A DNA stretch of 64,000 nt from an uncultured Methanoregulaceae archaeon (GCA_963841015.1 CAWJAX010000003.1:842043-906042), one strand, 5' to 3'; positions 42,273 through 52,340 are shown, counted from the first letter of the stretch. The notes: generated from the sequence alone by a model not told the origin. Program-made: numbers and translations.

Positions 42273-42886
42273 TGCAATCCCTCCTGAACAGGCTGCTGGT
42301 ATCCTTCAAGGATCCGGGCAATACGGATGGCCCCTGTCGGGCAACTGACTTCGCAGGTCTTACAGCCCGTGCATTTATCCTCGTGGATTACCACAATATC
42401 CCCTTTTTGTACCCGCATGATCACTTCATCGTTTGAGGAATGCCCGCCTGCACCCATCTGTGCGTCAATCCCCTTATTGACCGGGCAGGCAGTACAGCAG
42501 TTCCCGCAACCCGTACACAGTTCCAGGTCGATGGCAATGCGGAATGAGAACAGGAGCGATGTCCCTTCGCGCTCCATAGTCTGGAGAATCCGCCCGCTTT
42601 TCAGCACTCCGTTCGGACACGCCTCAACGCAGAGCCCGCAGCGGATGCAGTGCCCTTTGTGGATCCGCGGCATCCAGCCGTCCCCTGCATGCACAACCTC
42701 GATCGCTCCTGGTGCCGGGCATGCCATCATACAGAAAAGAGCATGCTGGCAGGTCTTCCCTGTAGGTTCGGGAAATCCCCGGAAGTGTGAAGGGGTTACC
42801 AGCGGGGCGGTTTTTGCAAACAGGAACTTTTTGATCCACTCCGTGCGGGCGAATTCTTTCAGGTACCAGACCAGCGACAGTCCCAT
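42269..42886 (-). CDS. Polyferredoxin; EhaP-like N-terminal half, FwdG-like C-terminal half
   Basis: WYLKEFAR..W...F..AKT start; four cluster motifs; CTGCGNC..ACPVN..GG....EVIM.V..G....DKC..C..C...CP..AI. Confidence 0.85.
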   Translation of the reverse strand: MGLSLVWYLKEFARTEWIKKFLFAKTAPLVTPSHFRGFPEPTGKTCQHALFCMMACPAPGAIEVVHAGDGWMPRIHKGHCIRCGLCVEACPNGVLKSGRILQTMEREGTSLLFSFRIAIDLELCTGCGNCCTACPVNKGIDAQMGAGGHSSNDEVIMRVQKGDIVVIHEDKCTGCKTCEVSCPTGAIRIARILEGYQQPVQEGLQ

Positions 42887-42887
42887 G

Positions 42888-43973
42888 TTACCGCTCCGTA
42901 CATGCAATGCAGGGATCAGCAGAAACAAACGTCGATGTGACATCGGCAATCGAATCTGCTCCGATGATCATCTCATGGCAGCATGCCTCGATATTCATAA
43001 TGGACGGAGTCTGGATCTGGATCTCAACGATCCGTCCGAACTCGTCGCTTTTAATAAAGTATGTCAGCTCCCCGCGGGGTGCCTCGCCACTGTATCGCGT
43101 CTCTCCCGCTTTGCAGACACCACCACCCCGTATGACCCCTTTGGGAAGATCGTTTAAGCATTTCCTGATAAGGCCGATGCTCTGGAAGACCTCGTCGAAC
43201 CGGAGCATAACCCGCGCAAAGTTATCACAATCCGGACGGCTGACCGGCACAAACCCGAGGTACCGGTAGGTAGGATGGCTGACCCGGCAGTCAACCGCGA
43301 TCCCGCTTGCCCGTGCAGTCGGGCCAACTACATGGGCCCTTTGTGCTGCTTCCTTCGTGAGGATACCGACACCCCGGCTGCGCAGTGCGATCATCGGACC
43401 TTCGGCAAACATCCCGGAATACCTGTGCAGATCCCGCTCGATCCGGTCAAGCGATGCGCGTAACAATTCTGCGTCCGGCAGGGGGATATCACACCGGACA
43501 CCCCCAGGAATAATATAGGCGCAGGTGACACGGGCACCGGTTAAGCGTTCAAGTTCATCCATGACCTGTTCCCGCAGATCAAGCAGGTACATTCCCAGAG
43601 TCTCATGCTCGATGGTGTAGCAATACGAAAAGTTTGCCAGAAGATGGCTCTGCATCCGGTCAAGTTCGTTTGCGATCACCCGGAGGTATGCAGCGCGTGG
43701 CGGCACGGAAATACCACTGATCTGTTCCATTGCTTCGATAAAGACCATGTTATGGATGACCGAGCAGATCCCGCAGACCCGTTCTGCGAGGAACATGACT
43801 TCCTGCCATGGGCGTCCTTTCATGATCCGCTCGATCCCCTTCTTCATGTACCCGAGCTCGACTTCAGCGGCGACAATGCGTTCACCTTTCGCCTCGCACT
43901 TGAGCCGGGCCGGTTCTTTAAAACAGGGATGAATAGGCCCCAGGGGAATATTGACATCCACCGTCCGTTTCAT
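42888..43973 (-). CDS. ehaO: Energy-converting [NiFe] hydrogenase A large subunit
   Basis: GPIHP..KEP, ERVCGICS..H, EAPRGE, DPCIACTER with no C-terminal extension (group 4). Confidence 0.93.
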   Translation of the reverse strand: MKRTVDVNIPLGPIHPCFKEPARLKCEAKGERIVAAEVELGYMKKGIERIMKGRPWQEVMFLAERVCGICSVIHNMVFIEAMEQISGISVPPRAAYLRVIANELDRMQSHLLANFSYCYTIEHETLGMYLLDLREQVMDELERLTGARVTCAYIIPGGVRCDIPLPDAELLRASLDRIERDLHRYSGMFAEGPMIALRSRGVGILTKEAAQRAHVVGPTARASGIAVDCRVSHPTYRYLGFVPVSRPDCDNFARVMLRFDEVFQSIGLIRKCLNDLPKGVIRGGGVCKAGETRYSGEAPRGELTYFIKSDEFGRIVEIQIQTPSIMNIEACCHEMIIGADSIADVTSTFVSADPCIACTER

Positions 43974-44425
43974 GGGTGACTTTCCTCCCAGTTGGCAAAG
44001 ACCGAATCGCGAACCGAAAGAATTGCTAAAAGGATCTCGGTAGGACGGGGCGGACAGCCTGGTACTTCTGCTGCGATCGGGATGTGTTTTTTTACCGGGG
44101 GGTCAACAAAGGATCCCTTCCGGTCGAACAGGCACCCGGATATCGGGCAATTCCCGATAGCAACAGCTGCTTTGGGATCCGGAATCTTCTCCCAGACCAT
44201 GGCAAGTTTCTCTTCCCATCCCGGGGTATAAGCACCAATGACAAGGAGTACATCTGCCTCCCGCGGGTTATTGTGGACGAAGATGCCGTACTGTTCAATG
44301 TCATAGCGGGGTGCCAGGCAGGCCAGCACTTCGATATCGCACCCATTGCACGAGCCGACATCGACATACGCCACATGGATCGAGCGTGATCTGACCTTGT
44401 TTTTTATCCGCTGGAGTAGGGTCAT
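43970..44425 (-). CDS. ehaN: Eha small subunit
   Basis: GSCNGCDIE, YDIEQYG..VHNNPREAD, GNC, PGCPP. Confidence 0.93.
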   Translation of the reverse strand: MTLLQRIKNKVRSRSIHVAYVDVGSCNGCDIEVLACLAPRYDIEQYGIFVHNNPREADVLLVIGAYTPGWEEKLAMVWEKIPDPKAAVAIGNCPISGCLFDRKGSFVDPPVKKHIPIAAEVPGCPPRPTEILLAILSVRDSVFANWEESHP

Positions 44426-44811
44426 CTTCGCAATTCCTCCCGTATCTGTGCCCTGCCATACATAATCGCGTCCTGCACGGGAATACCTGTACGTACACGG
44501 TCGCTTACTGCATGGAAAATGGATTCCATTGCGGCACCGGATAGTATCTGGAGATACAGGGTATATTTTTCCCGGCCCAGTGCCCGTGCAACCGGATCAT
44601 CCGGATCACCATGAACATCAGCCATTTCAGCCCGGGCAGGGAGGTTTTCGAGCAGCATCATGTCAAGGTGCTCGATTAAATATTTTCGCAGTTCCTGGAC
44701 CGGTATATCCAGTTCTGCAGCAATATTCCGCACGAGGGTGTCGTGGCGGTTTGCAACCAGGATCCGGTATTTCTGGGGCACAAGATCTTTTTCATACAGA
44801 TACGTGGTCAC
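44422..44811 (-). CDS. ehaM: Eha subunit M (DUF1959)
   Basis: LIEHLDM..LENL.AR motif; lies immediately before ehaN. Confidence 0.8.
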   Translation of the reverse strand: MTTYLYEKDLVPQKYRILVANRHDTLVRNIAAELDIPVQELRKYLIEHLDMMLLENLPARAEMADVHGDPDDPVARALGREKYTLYLQILSGAAMESIFHAVSDRVRTGIPVQDAIMYGRAQIREELRR

Positions 44812-45050
44812 AGAAATCCCCCGTACTTCAACAAACCGTAGACCATGAACAGCAGCACCGCCGCCCAGAGAGCAATAATTTCTGATGTATGGAGCCGGTG
44901 TTCATCATGGATCAGGTAATACGCTGTGGCGATTGCGAGGATAATTGCTACAATAATCCCTTCAGACCATATAGACGGGCGGTCGATAATCTGGGCAATT
45001 GTAATGAGAACATACAGTACACCCCCGAAAAGGATTGCTTCACGGATCAT
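44808..45050 (-). CDS. Small Eha membrane subunit (EhaK-like)
   Basis: 80 aa, three TM segments, translationally coupled between ehaJ and ehaM. Confidence 0.65.
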   Translation of the reverse strand: MIREAILFGGVLYVLITIAQIIDRPSIWSEGIIVAIILAIATAYYLIHDEHRLHTSEIIALWAAVLLFMVYGLLKYGGFL

Positions 45051-45892
45051 GAAAGCACCACCAGAATGACTGCAGCATAGACAAGCATTATCCCGGTAAC
45101 CATTACCTGGATGGTCACTGAATCGAAGGGGGACATCATCGGCGTGATCGCACAGAAAAAAGCGAGGAGCACAACGAGAAGAATCATCCCGATAATAAGC
45201 CAGGGCAGCGACAGCGACCCGATAAATACCGCAAGGAAGGTGGCAAGCAGTACAAAGGTTTTAAGGCCATTACAGACCTCAAGCCCGGCCCGCCAGATGC
45301 CGAAGTGCTCGGTCTTGTACCCGCTCACCAGTTCCTTTGCTTCAACAATGGAGAAGGGTCCAAAGGGCATCTTGGACAGGATCACCAGGAACATTGCACA
45401 GGCTGCAGGAAATGCGATAAGGAGCAGCGGGCCATTCACTTCCTGGTACTGCATGATGGAACTGAGATCCAGCGATTGCGTATAGACTGCTATAACGGCG
45501 ACACTGACAAAGAGGGGAATCTCCGATGCTGCTGAGATGACCGACCTCACACCGCCATATTTACCGTATGGCGATCCTGAAGACAGGCCAAAACCGTGTT
45601 CTACAATCTTGTGGAGCATATAGATGCCCAGGATGACCAGCAGGCTCCCGCCACTGACCAGCACATAAAATGCTGCGGTCCAGATACCAATGGCAATAAG
45701 AACGACAGCAACAAAGAGAGTCGAACTTGCGGTCACCGGGATCCAGGTCGTTTTAAAGGAGAACTTGAGCATATGCAGGATCTCCTGCCAGATTGGAGGG
45801 CCTGGTCTGCGTTGGATCCGTGCGATCAGTTTCCGGTGAATGCCTAAGAGGAGCAGGCCAAAGAGCGTGGCAAGGACAAGTTCTGCGATCAT
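45047..45892 (-). CDS. ehaJ: Eha subunit J (NuoH-like)
   Basis: RK..ARIQ.RPGPP, SGSPYGK.G.VR, E..SGY.TEH. Confidence 0.9.
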   Translation of the reverse strand: MIAELVLATLFGLLLLGIHRKLIARIQRRPGPPIWQEILHMLKFSFKTTWIPVTASSTLFVAVVLIAIGIWTAAFYVLVSGGSLLVILGIYMLHKIVEHGFGLSSGSPYGKYGGVRSVISAASEIPLFVSVAVIAVYTQSLDLSSIMQYQEVNGPLLLIAFPAACAMFLVILSKMPFGPFSIVEAKELVSGYKTEHFGIWRAGLEVCNGLKTFVLLATFLAVFIGSLSLPWLIIGMILLVVLLAFFCAITPMMSPFDSVTIQVMVTGIMLVYAAVILVVLS

Positions 45893-45893
45893 A

Positions 45894-46100
45894 TCAGTAC
45901 CCGATGAACGGGATGTCACCTCCGGATTGTCCTGCCATCCACCAGAAAAAGAGTGCCAGGACTGTGATGGGGAACGTAGGTACAAGCACCGCTGCACAGA
46001 CAGGAAACGGTATCATCCCCATGAAATAGAGGCCGGACGCGATCATACAGATTGCCGCACCCACCCAGAAAATCCGTGCAATGGTTGTTTTCTTCATCAT
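45894..46100 (-). CDS. Small Eha membrane subunit (EhaI-like)
   Basis: 68 aa, two TM segments, C-terminal DIPFIGY; between ehaH and ehaJ. Confidence 0.65.
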   Translation of the reverse strand: MMKKTTIARIFWVGAAICMIASGLYFMGMIPFPVCAAVLVPTFPITVLALFFWWMAGQSGGDIPFIGY

Positions 46101-46102
46101 TG

Positions 46103-46762
46103 TCACCCCAGCATTACAATTTCGACTACCCGCAAAAAGATCAGGAGAGAGGAGAGAGAGCACATGATCACATACGGGGCTCCCGGGGCGCGGAACATCT
46201 CGGCTTTTGCCGCGTAGAACGGGGCCATTCCCTCACCAATCACGCCAATAACGAGCAGGGCTTTTGCTATCAGGGGGACAGGGGGCAGGGTACCTTTCAT
46301 GAGTTCGATCATGGAAAGCGAGCCGGTCACTGCTGCGTAGACTGCTGCACCCGCAAAAAGGGGGATCGTTGCCGCGAGCGCAACAAGCCCGTACTGGTAT
46401 GCAGCATCCTGCACGTGCGGGCTTTTTACCGCAGCGACAATCCCGACATTGGTGATCCCGACCATTGCAGTAAAGAGGGCAAAATTGAAGATATCCCCGG
46501 TCACCATTGCACCCATTGAGGCAAGACCACAGGCAATCGCCATAAAACGCCGGAACCGCATTTCAGACAGACTGATTTCCTTGGTCCGGTATGCATCACC
46601 GCCAAAGGCAATATCCACCTGTTTTTCCGGACGGCTGATGATTACCAGCACGGTAAATGTCAGCGCGAGCAGAAAGAGGGTGATTGTGTAGGGTGTGAAG
46701 TACACGAGCTCATCGCCGAACTCGAGAATATAGTAGGGTGTACCGCCGATGAGCTCAATCAT
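46103..46762 (-). CDS. ehaH: Eha subunit H (antiporter-like)
   Basis: RRFMAI.CG, GD.FNF, A.QYG, GE..APFYAAKAEMFR.PG.PY. Confidence 0.88.
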   Translation of the reverse strand: MIELIGGTPYYILEFGDELVYFTPYTITLFLLALTFTVLVIISRPEKQVDIAFGGDAYRTKEISLSEMRFRRFMAIACGLASMGAMVTGDIFNFALFTAMVGITNVGIVAAVKSPHVQDAAYQYGLVALAATIPLFAGAAVYAAVTGSLSMIELMKGTLPPVPLIAKALLVIGVIGEGMAPFYAAKAEMFRAPGAPYVIMCSLSSLLIFLRVVEIVMLG

Positions 46763-47360
46763 GCTTCTCACCCCACATGGTACCCACAAGGGACATTTTG
46801 ACGGTCACTTTCAGGAGGATCCCGATAGCAGCCAGCATGAGCGCAACAAACCAGTATTGTGGCAGGAACATGAAGACAAAAAAAGCAAAGATCCAGAGCG
46901 CCCATGAGAGGCCGCTTGCCATTTCGAGCAGGTTCAGATCCTCGCGGTAACTGCGGGATATGAAGAGAACGACGAGACCGAGCCCTGCCACGGCACCCCC
47001 GGTGAATCCCGAGAGGATCAGGCCATACGTGACAAGGAAGATAGAGATGATCAGCGGTGCGTCCGCCTTTGCGATCACTTCAATATTGAGCCCTCTGACG
47101 GGCATCTCCCGGATCCCTTCTTTTGTGCAATAGATCTGGGAGAGTGCGAGCAGTTCAGCGATTCCTACGGTAAGACCCGGAAGGATCAGGGCTTCTGCAA
47201 GATCGGTACCAAGCAGTGCGATCGCACCGAGTCCGGCGATCTCAACGAGATCGAGAAGGAGGAGTTTGTGGAGGTCATCTCTTTCCTTTGAAAGCGCAAA
47301 AAATGCGATGACCGCTGCGGCCATAACAATGAACAAACCGTAGCTGTACTGTCCCCACAT
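46755..47360 (-). CDS. ehaG: Eha subunit G
   Basis: GTDLAEALILPGL.V..AE, LSGFTGGAVAG. Confidence 0.88.
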   Translation of the reverse strand: MWGQYSYGLFIVMAAAVIAFFALSKERDDLHKLLLLDLVEIAGLGAIALLGTDLAEALILPGLTVGIAELLALSQIYCTKEGIREMPVRGLNIEVIAKADAPLIISIFLVTYGLILSGFTGGAVAGLGLVVLFISRSYREDLNLLEMASGLSWALWIFAFFVFMFLPQYWFVALMLAAIGILLKVTVKMSLVGTMWGEKHD

Positions 47361-47362
47361 GA

Positions 47363-47806
47363 CTACGGCCTCCGGTAGATGTACGAGGCGATAGCAAACG
47401 CTATGAAAAGGATCGTAGCCTCGACAACCGTATCCAGTCCCCGGGTGTTGTACAGGATTTCGTCAATAATTCCCCCGGGGTGGGCGACAATGGTAGTGCC
47501 CAGGTGCTGAGTCATCTGCGACAGGTAAAGAGACAAAGGCGTCAGGTATGATGTTACGAGACCAGCGGTGGGAGAATTTTCCGGGTACTGCGAGACGATA
47601 GTCACCTGTGTGAAAGGAGGTCCGCCACGATCGTACGGGTCAAGCGAGCTGTTACGGTCAATGGTTTTGGGATACAGCTGGTTCGGTTCGTACGTGAGGG
47701 GCAGCAGGAGAATTCCCGCAAAAAAGATAAGGGCACAGGCACCGGCAAACAGCGGCACGATGTTTTCATAATTGCACAGGAAATGCGAGATCTTTCGGAT
47801 GATCAT
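47363..47806 (-). CDS. ehaF: Eha subunit F
   Basis: QLYPK, PYDRGG, QYP, YLTP, GTTI..HPGGI.DEILY.TRG.DT..E. Confidence 0.88.
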   Translation of the reverse strand: MIIRKISHFLCNYENIVPLFAGACALIFFAGILLLPLTYEPNQLYPKTIDRNSSLDPYDRGGPPFTQVTIVSQYPENSPTAGLVTSYLTPLSLYLSQMTQHLGTTIVAHPGGIIDEILYNTRGLDTVVEATILFIAFAIASYIYRRP

Positions 47807-48054
47807 GCTGCAGCCTCCCGTTTTTGTATCACGCGGACATAGATGAACGTCGAGAGTACGGATATTGCCCCGAAGGTGAAAAGGGCGAGCGCCTCATTAT
47901 ACGAGAGCATGATGAGCAGGAGACCAAATCCGGGGATTTCGAGATTGATCAGCCGGGTCAGATAATTATGGGGACGGGGAAATGCTGCCGCGATCGTACC
48001 GGCAACAAGTATAAAGAGGCCGACAATGAATTCCGGAGCGTAACCATATATCAT
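47803..48054 (-). CDS. ehaE: Eha subunit E (DUF2107)
   Basis: R..NLE.P.FG..LI.L.YNE.LAL.TF. Confidence 0.82.
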   Translation of the reverse strand: MIYGYAPEFIVGLFILVAGTIAAAFPRPHNYLTRLINLEIPGFGLLLIMLSYNEALALFTFGAISVLSTFIYVRVIQKREAAA

Positions 48055-48284
48055 AAGGGCACTTTCCTCTGGCAGGCCATAAGGATAAAAATAGTGGAAA
48101 GCGGGGCAATCAGTGCCAGTGCAGCAGCCACATCAAGAAATCCGCGGTCGACAATAAACGGAAAGATCCCGGCGATCATAACAGAGAGCGAGATAAGCTT
48201 GTTAAACGGGTCGCGCTCGAGAATGGCAGAAAAGGTGCCGATCAGGACAAGCACAATGCTTGCGGCCATCACAATCTCATCCAT
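48051..48284 (-). CDS. ehaD: Eha subunit D (DUF2108)
   Basis: DP.NK.I, G.LDVA...ALI.PL.TI. Confidence 0.82.
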   Translation of the reverse strand: MDEIVMAASIVLVLIGTFSAILERDPFNKLISLSVMIAGIFPFIVDRGFLDVAAALALIAPLSTIFILMACQRKVPL

Positions 48285-48522
48285 TGCGTTTCATCCCTCC
48301 GGACCAGGTGCTCGCGATCGCATTTGATTCGAAGGTAGATCCCACAAAAAACGCTGCTGCTGCAAGGATGGTAAGCGGGTGTGGCAGCAGAAGTGCTATG
48401 ATCCCGGTAACGGCAAACGAGACCACATTTAAGAAAGGCAGTTTACGCATCGTGTTCCGCTCAATGATCACACGCAGTGCCGCATACACCGCAATAACTG
48501 CACAAACGTATATCGCGATCAT
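48277..48522 (-). CDS. ehaC: Eha subunit C (DUF2109)
   Basis: KLP.LN..SF....IAL...HP, F..ST.ESNAIA. Confidence 0.82.
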   Translation of the reverse strand: MIAIYVCAVIAVYAALRVIIERNTMRKLPFLNVVSFAVTGIIALLLPHPLTILAAAAFFVGSTFESNAIASTWSGGMKRNG

Positions 48523-49028
48523 GTGCACCCCCGCAACAACCGGCACCTGATCTTCCATAACCGCGCAATAAGCCGGCTCGCATGGACTGAAGATAATCCC
48601 TGGAGGGTAAGGATGGCAATCACCATGCCGGCGATGAAATCCGAAGCTGCAAACCAGCCCGACTGGACAGCCCCGTACACGATCAAGGTGGCAGTGATAC
48701 AACCCGTTGTGCCTGCATAACCGGGATCATAACAGATCCGGTTACCGATATACACGAGCAGTGCGGCAAAAAGGCCACCGGGAAGACCGGCGCAGTACAC
48801 CCCGCAGCTCGCAAGAAGGGTCCCTGCCGATGCATCAGGGGAAGAGACGATATTGCCCATCATGAAACCCCCGTTCAGGTTCCCACCGCCTTTCTCAACT
48901 TCCTGTGCGATCGCGGTTGCCCCGGAAACGCCGCCCCGCTCCGGTAATTTAAAGATCAGATCAATAATCATGAAGTTGAACCAGCAGATGAGAGCGGCAA
49001 CAAGAATCCGGAAGGGTTCATCAAGCAT
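48519..49028 (-). CDS. ehaB: Eha subunit B
   Basis: NF..ID....LPE..GV.GA, GG.L.GG...GNIV.SPDASAGTL, GNRIC.DPGYAGT. Confidence 0.85.
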   Translation of the reverse strand: MLDEPFRILVAALICWFNFMIIDLIFKLPERGGVSGATAIAQEVEKGGGNLNGGFMMGNIVSSPDASAGTLLASCGVYCAGLPGGLFAALLVYIGNRICYDPGYAGTTGCITATLIVYGAVQSGWFAASDFIAGMVIAILTLQGLSSVHASRLIARLWKIRCRLLRGCT

Positions 49029-49111
49029 GGGATGCACCGTATATAAACTAAACCTGATTAACACTGTAGATCAGAGGGATAACGGATAAAGGTTCTGATA
49101 TTAACGAATTA

Positions 49112-49174
49112 CAGTTAAAGTGGAAAAACAAGAAGTAAGAGAAGAAACCGAATTCGTAAAAGAAGAGGCTCCAG
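49112..49174 (+). repeat. 63-bp direct repeat of 53083-53145; remnant of a paralog of the small membrane protein gene
   Basis: 58/63 identical by manual comparison. Confidence 0.85.
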
Positions 49175-49665
49175 TTCCGCAGCAGGTGCAGTGGATCCTG
49201 ATCGTCTTTATCTCATCTGCCAGGCATTTCAGAGAGCACGCAAAAAGACGATTTTTTTCGTGTACAGCACGATAATACGATAGGGAACCGGAACAAACTG
49301 AGGTGAGCCCATAAAGTTACCCGATCCTCAGGTTGATATGGGTACCGTGAATGTATTAAAATACAGATAGATCCCGAATCACGTGCATGATCTGTTCACT
49401 CATGTCATCCAGAAACATGAAAACATAAGGGGATCTCGTATCTGCTTTACTCTATTTTCATACTAGGAGATTTCCCGGTATTGACCGGTGTATCAGGAAG
49501 GCAAAAAGAGCCTAAAATGGGCTTATTTTCTCTTATGTCTGTTATTATGGCATTCTATTTTCACTGCAAACGCAATAAAAATCAGACCGCAAAAAGGCAG
49601 AGGAACTGGGGATTACTTCCATTTATCCCATTTTTCAGGCCGTTACCCTATTGTGCATATAATGT

Positions 49666-50977
49666 TCAATCGGTAGATTTCGATGGAACTCGGGTGACCA
49701 GCACCTTGTCGATCCTGTTTCCGTCCATATCCACGACTTCATAGCGCAGTCCGCCGACTTCCAGATGATCACCGGTTTTTGGTATCCGCTCCAGGATGAA
49801 CAGGATCAGCCCGGCAATGGTCCGGTAATGTCCCTGTTCCTCTGCCGGAAAGGAATCCACAGATAAGATTTTCTTGATATCTTCAACAGGTGTATCCCCA
49901 TTGATCAGCCATGAGCCATCCTCCCTTACGACAACAGGTATATCCACCGGTTCTCCAAGAGTCCGGACATCGCCCACGATCGCTTCAAGGATATCATGCA
50001 GGGTAATGACGCCCTGAATGCTTCCGTATTCATCAGTGACCAGAGCAATATGCACACCGGTTTCTTTGAATGATGCAAGGAGTTTCAGGATGGGTAGGCC
50101 CTGAGGGGCCAAGAGCGGTTTCGTGACAGCGGATTTGATATCGGGTGTACAGCCATCAACCATCCTCGCCAGAACATCCTTTACGGAAACCATGCCAACA
50201 AGATTATCCAGATTTCCCTTATACACCGGAAAATTTGATCGAGCGCTCCTGGTCATTTTCCACAGGTTCTCCTCATCGTCATCATTCAGGTCGAGCGCGA
50301 TGACATCAGACCGGTGTGTCATCAGGGATTCAACCCGACGATCTCCAAGATTAAACACACCTTCTACCATGCTCACTTCGGCCTTCTCGAATACCCCGGA
50401 TTCAGTGCCTTCTTCGAGCATAATTTTTATTTCCTCTTCCGTTACCGGCGGTTCCCTGGTCTCCCGTACACGCATAATCCAAAGCACGGCTTCAGTTGAG
50501 CGACTGAGAATGAATACCAGCGGGGAAGCGATAACCGACAGGAGGCGCATCGGTTTTGCGACGGAAGAGGCGATATTTTCAGCATTATTCAGCGCGAGGT
50601 GTTTCGGGACGAGTTCTCCAAAGATTAAGGTCAGATACGTGATTACGACTACAACAAGAATGATTGCCAGAATCTCGCTGTAGGGCGCAAGCAGAGGGAA
50701 TTCTTTGAGATACGTTGCGAGCTCCTCAGCTATTATCAGCTCCACCGAACGCACCGGCCAGGATCCCCACAAGGGTAATGCCGATCTGTATTGTCGAGAG
50801 GAAATGGGTGGGTTCTTGTGCAAGTTCAAGTGCAGCTGCTGCCCGTTTGTCTCCTTCCAGTGCCCGTTGCTGGAGTCGTGTTTTTTTAGCTGAAACAATG
50901 GCAAATTCTGCCATAGCAAAAATGCCATTGATGAGGATAAGGACCAGGATGATAACGATTTCAAAGAGATACGACAT
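49666..50977 (-). CDS. HlyC/CorC (CNNM, DUF21-CBS-CorC) family transporter; +1 frameshift near 50737
   Basis: NGIFAMAEFAIVS, FLSTIQIGIT, GELVPK, CBS pair, DEYG...G..T..DILE.IVG, CorC domain. Confidence 0.92.
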
Positions 50978-51206
50978 TTTGCTGATAATATCTTTCGGAC
51001 TACAATTAAAACTATTTAACGAATCGAAGGGGGGTTGCGCCACCTTCATTTCAGGTACGCAAAAAGAATTTGCCGGATTATAATGGGGTAAGGAGGTTAT
51101 TCTCCTTGATTATGATGGGCAGAGAGACCCTGCGGATGCTCGGGAATCTATAGGGAAAACCAGATATTCTCTATGAATAATTATCCTTTGACAATAGGAG
51201 AACGCA

Positions 51207-52340
51207 ATGACGGAATTCAGTTTCCCGGTAGGCTACCACCAGTTCCATACCGTGAAGATCATAAATTTCCAGCTCAACCGCTGGCACTCGCTTGGGTATG
51301 CACGCTTTGGGGATCTTGTAAGAGCAGCCCAGATGATCAAAACGTTGGATGACTGGAAAGGTGTTATGGTGAACCTGGCACAGGAAGCCGAGGCTGAACA
51401 ACGGTGGATGAATGCTGCTTTCTATTACCGGGCTGCAGAATTCTTCGTGCTGCCCTCGGTGCCGGACAAAGAGGTCCTGTACAACAAATTCACCGATATT
51501 TTTTACACCAAAGTATTTGCCGGTGAATCGTTCAAACGATTTCTCGTCCCGTACGAACATACCCATCTCCCCGCCATTTGTATCCCCTCGGCACTGCCTG
51601 AATCCAAAGGGACGATTGTCATCCAGGGAGGATTTGACTCATTCATCGAAGAGTTTTACTCTCTGGCGGTATACTTCTCCAGTCAAAGGTTTGATACAAT
51701 CATGTTCGAGGGTCCGGGACAAGGGGCTGCATTAAAAAAATACGGTCTTCCGCTCACTTGTAAGTGGGAAAAACCGGTGAAGGCAATATTGGACTATTTT
51801 CATCTGGACGACGTGACCTTGCTCGGAATATCCATGGGAGGCTGGCTGTGTTTCCGTGCAGCGGCATATGAGCCAAGAATTCGCCGGGTTATCGCACTGA
51901 GTATCGCGTTTGACTACATGCAGATCCCCTCTCTGCCCATCCAGCTGCTGGTGAAGATCCTGCTGCAGTCGAGGGGGCTGATGGATTATCTTGCCCGGAT
52001 AAAAATGAACGCAAATTACCAGGAGCGGTGGGGGATCAACAATCTGATGTATATCACAAAAACAACAACGCCGATGGATGCAACGGATGTACTTCTCCAG
52101 TTCAATGAACACAACCTGCATTCAGAACTCGTGAAACAGGATGTCCTGATCCTGACCGGGGCTGAAGATCATTTCATCCCGTTAAAAATGCATTACAAAC
52201 AGGTAAATGCCCTCAAAAATGCCAAATCGGTGACCGCCCGCATCTTTACGCAAAAGGATCAAGCCCAGAACCACTGCCAGATCGGGAACATCGGGCTTGC
52301 CCTTGATGTCATGGAGAAATGGATCGAAGCGAAGTCGTAA
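51207..52340 (+). CDS. Alpha/beta hydrolase (YYRAAEF-type, 2,6-dihydroxypseudooxynicotine hydrolase-like)
   Basis: GGFDS..EE, FEGPGQG, GISMGG nucleophile elbow, HCQ.GN. Confidence 0.88.
   Translation: MTEFSFPVGYHQFHTVKIINFQLNRWHSLGYARFGDLVRAAQMIKTLDDWKGVMVNLAQEAEAEQRWMNAAFYYRAAEFFVLPSVPDKEVLYNKFTDIFYTKVFAGESFKRFLVPYEHTHLPAICIPSALPESKGTIVIQGGFDSFIEEFYSLAVYFSSQRFDTIMFEGPGQGAALKKYGLPLTCKWEKPVKAILDYFHLDDVTLLGISMGGWLCFRAAAYEPRIRRVIALSIAFDYMQIPSLPIQLLVKILLQSRGLMDYLARIKMNANYQERWGINNLMYITKTTTPMDATDVLLQFNEHNLHSELVKQDVLILTGAEDHFIPLKMHYKQVNALKNAKSVTARIFTQKDQAQNHCQIGNIGLALDVMEKWIEAKS

Noticed and set aside
36195-43157. Long plus-strand ORFs (36195-36992, 38845-39759, 40762-41673, 42327-43157)
   Set aside because: They are antisense shadows of well-supported minus-strand genes and have no motifs of their own.
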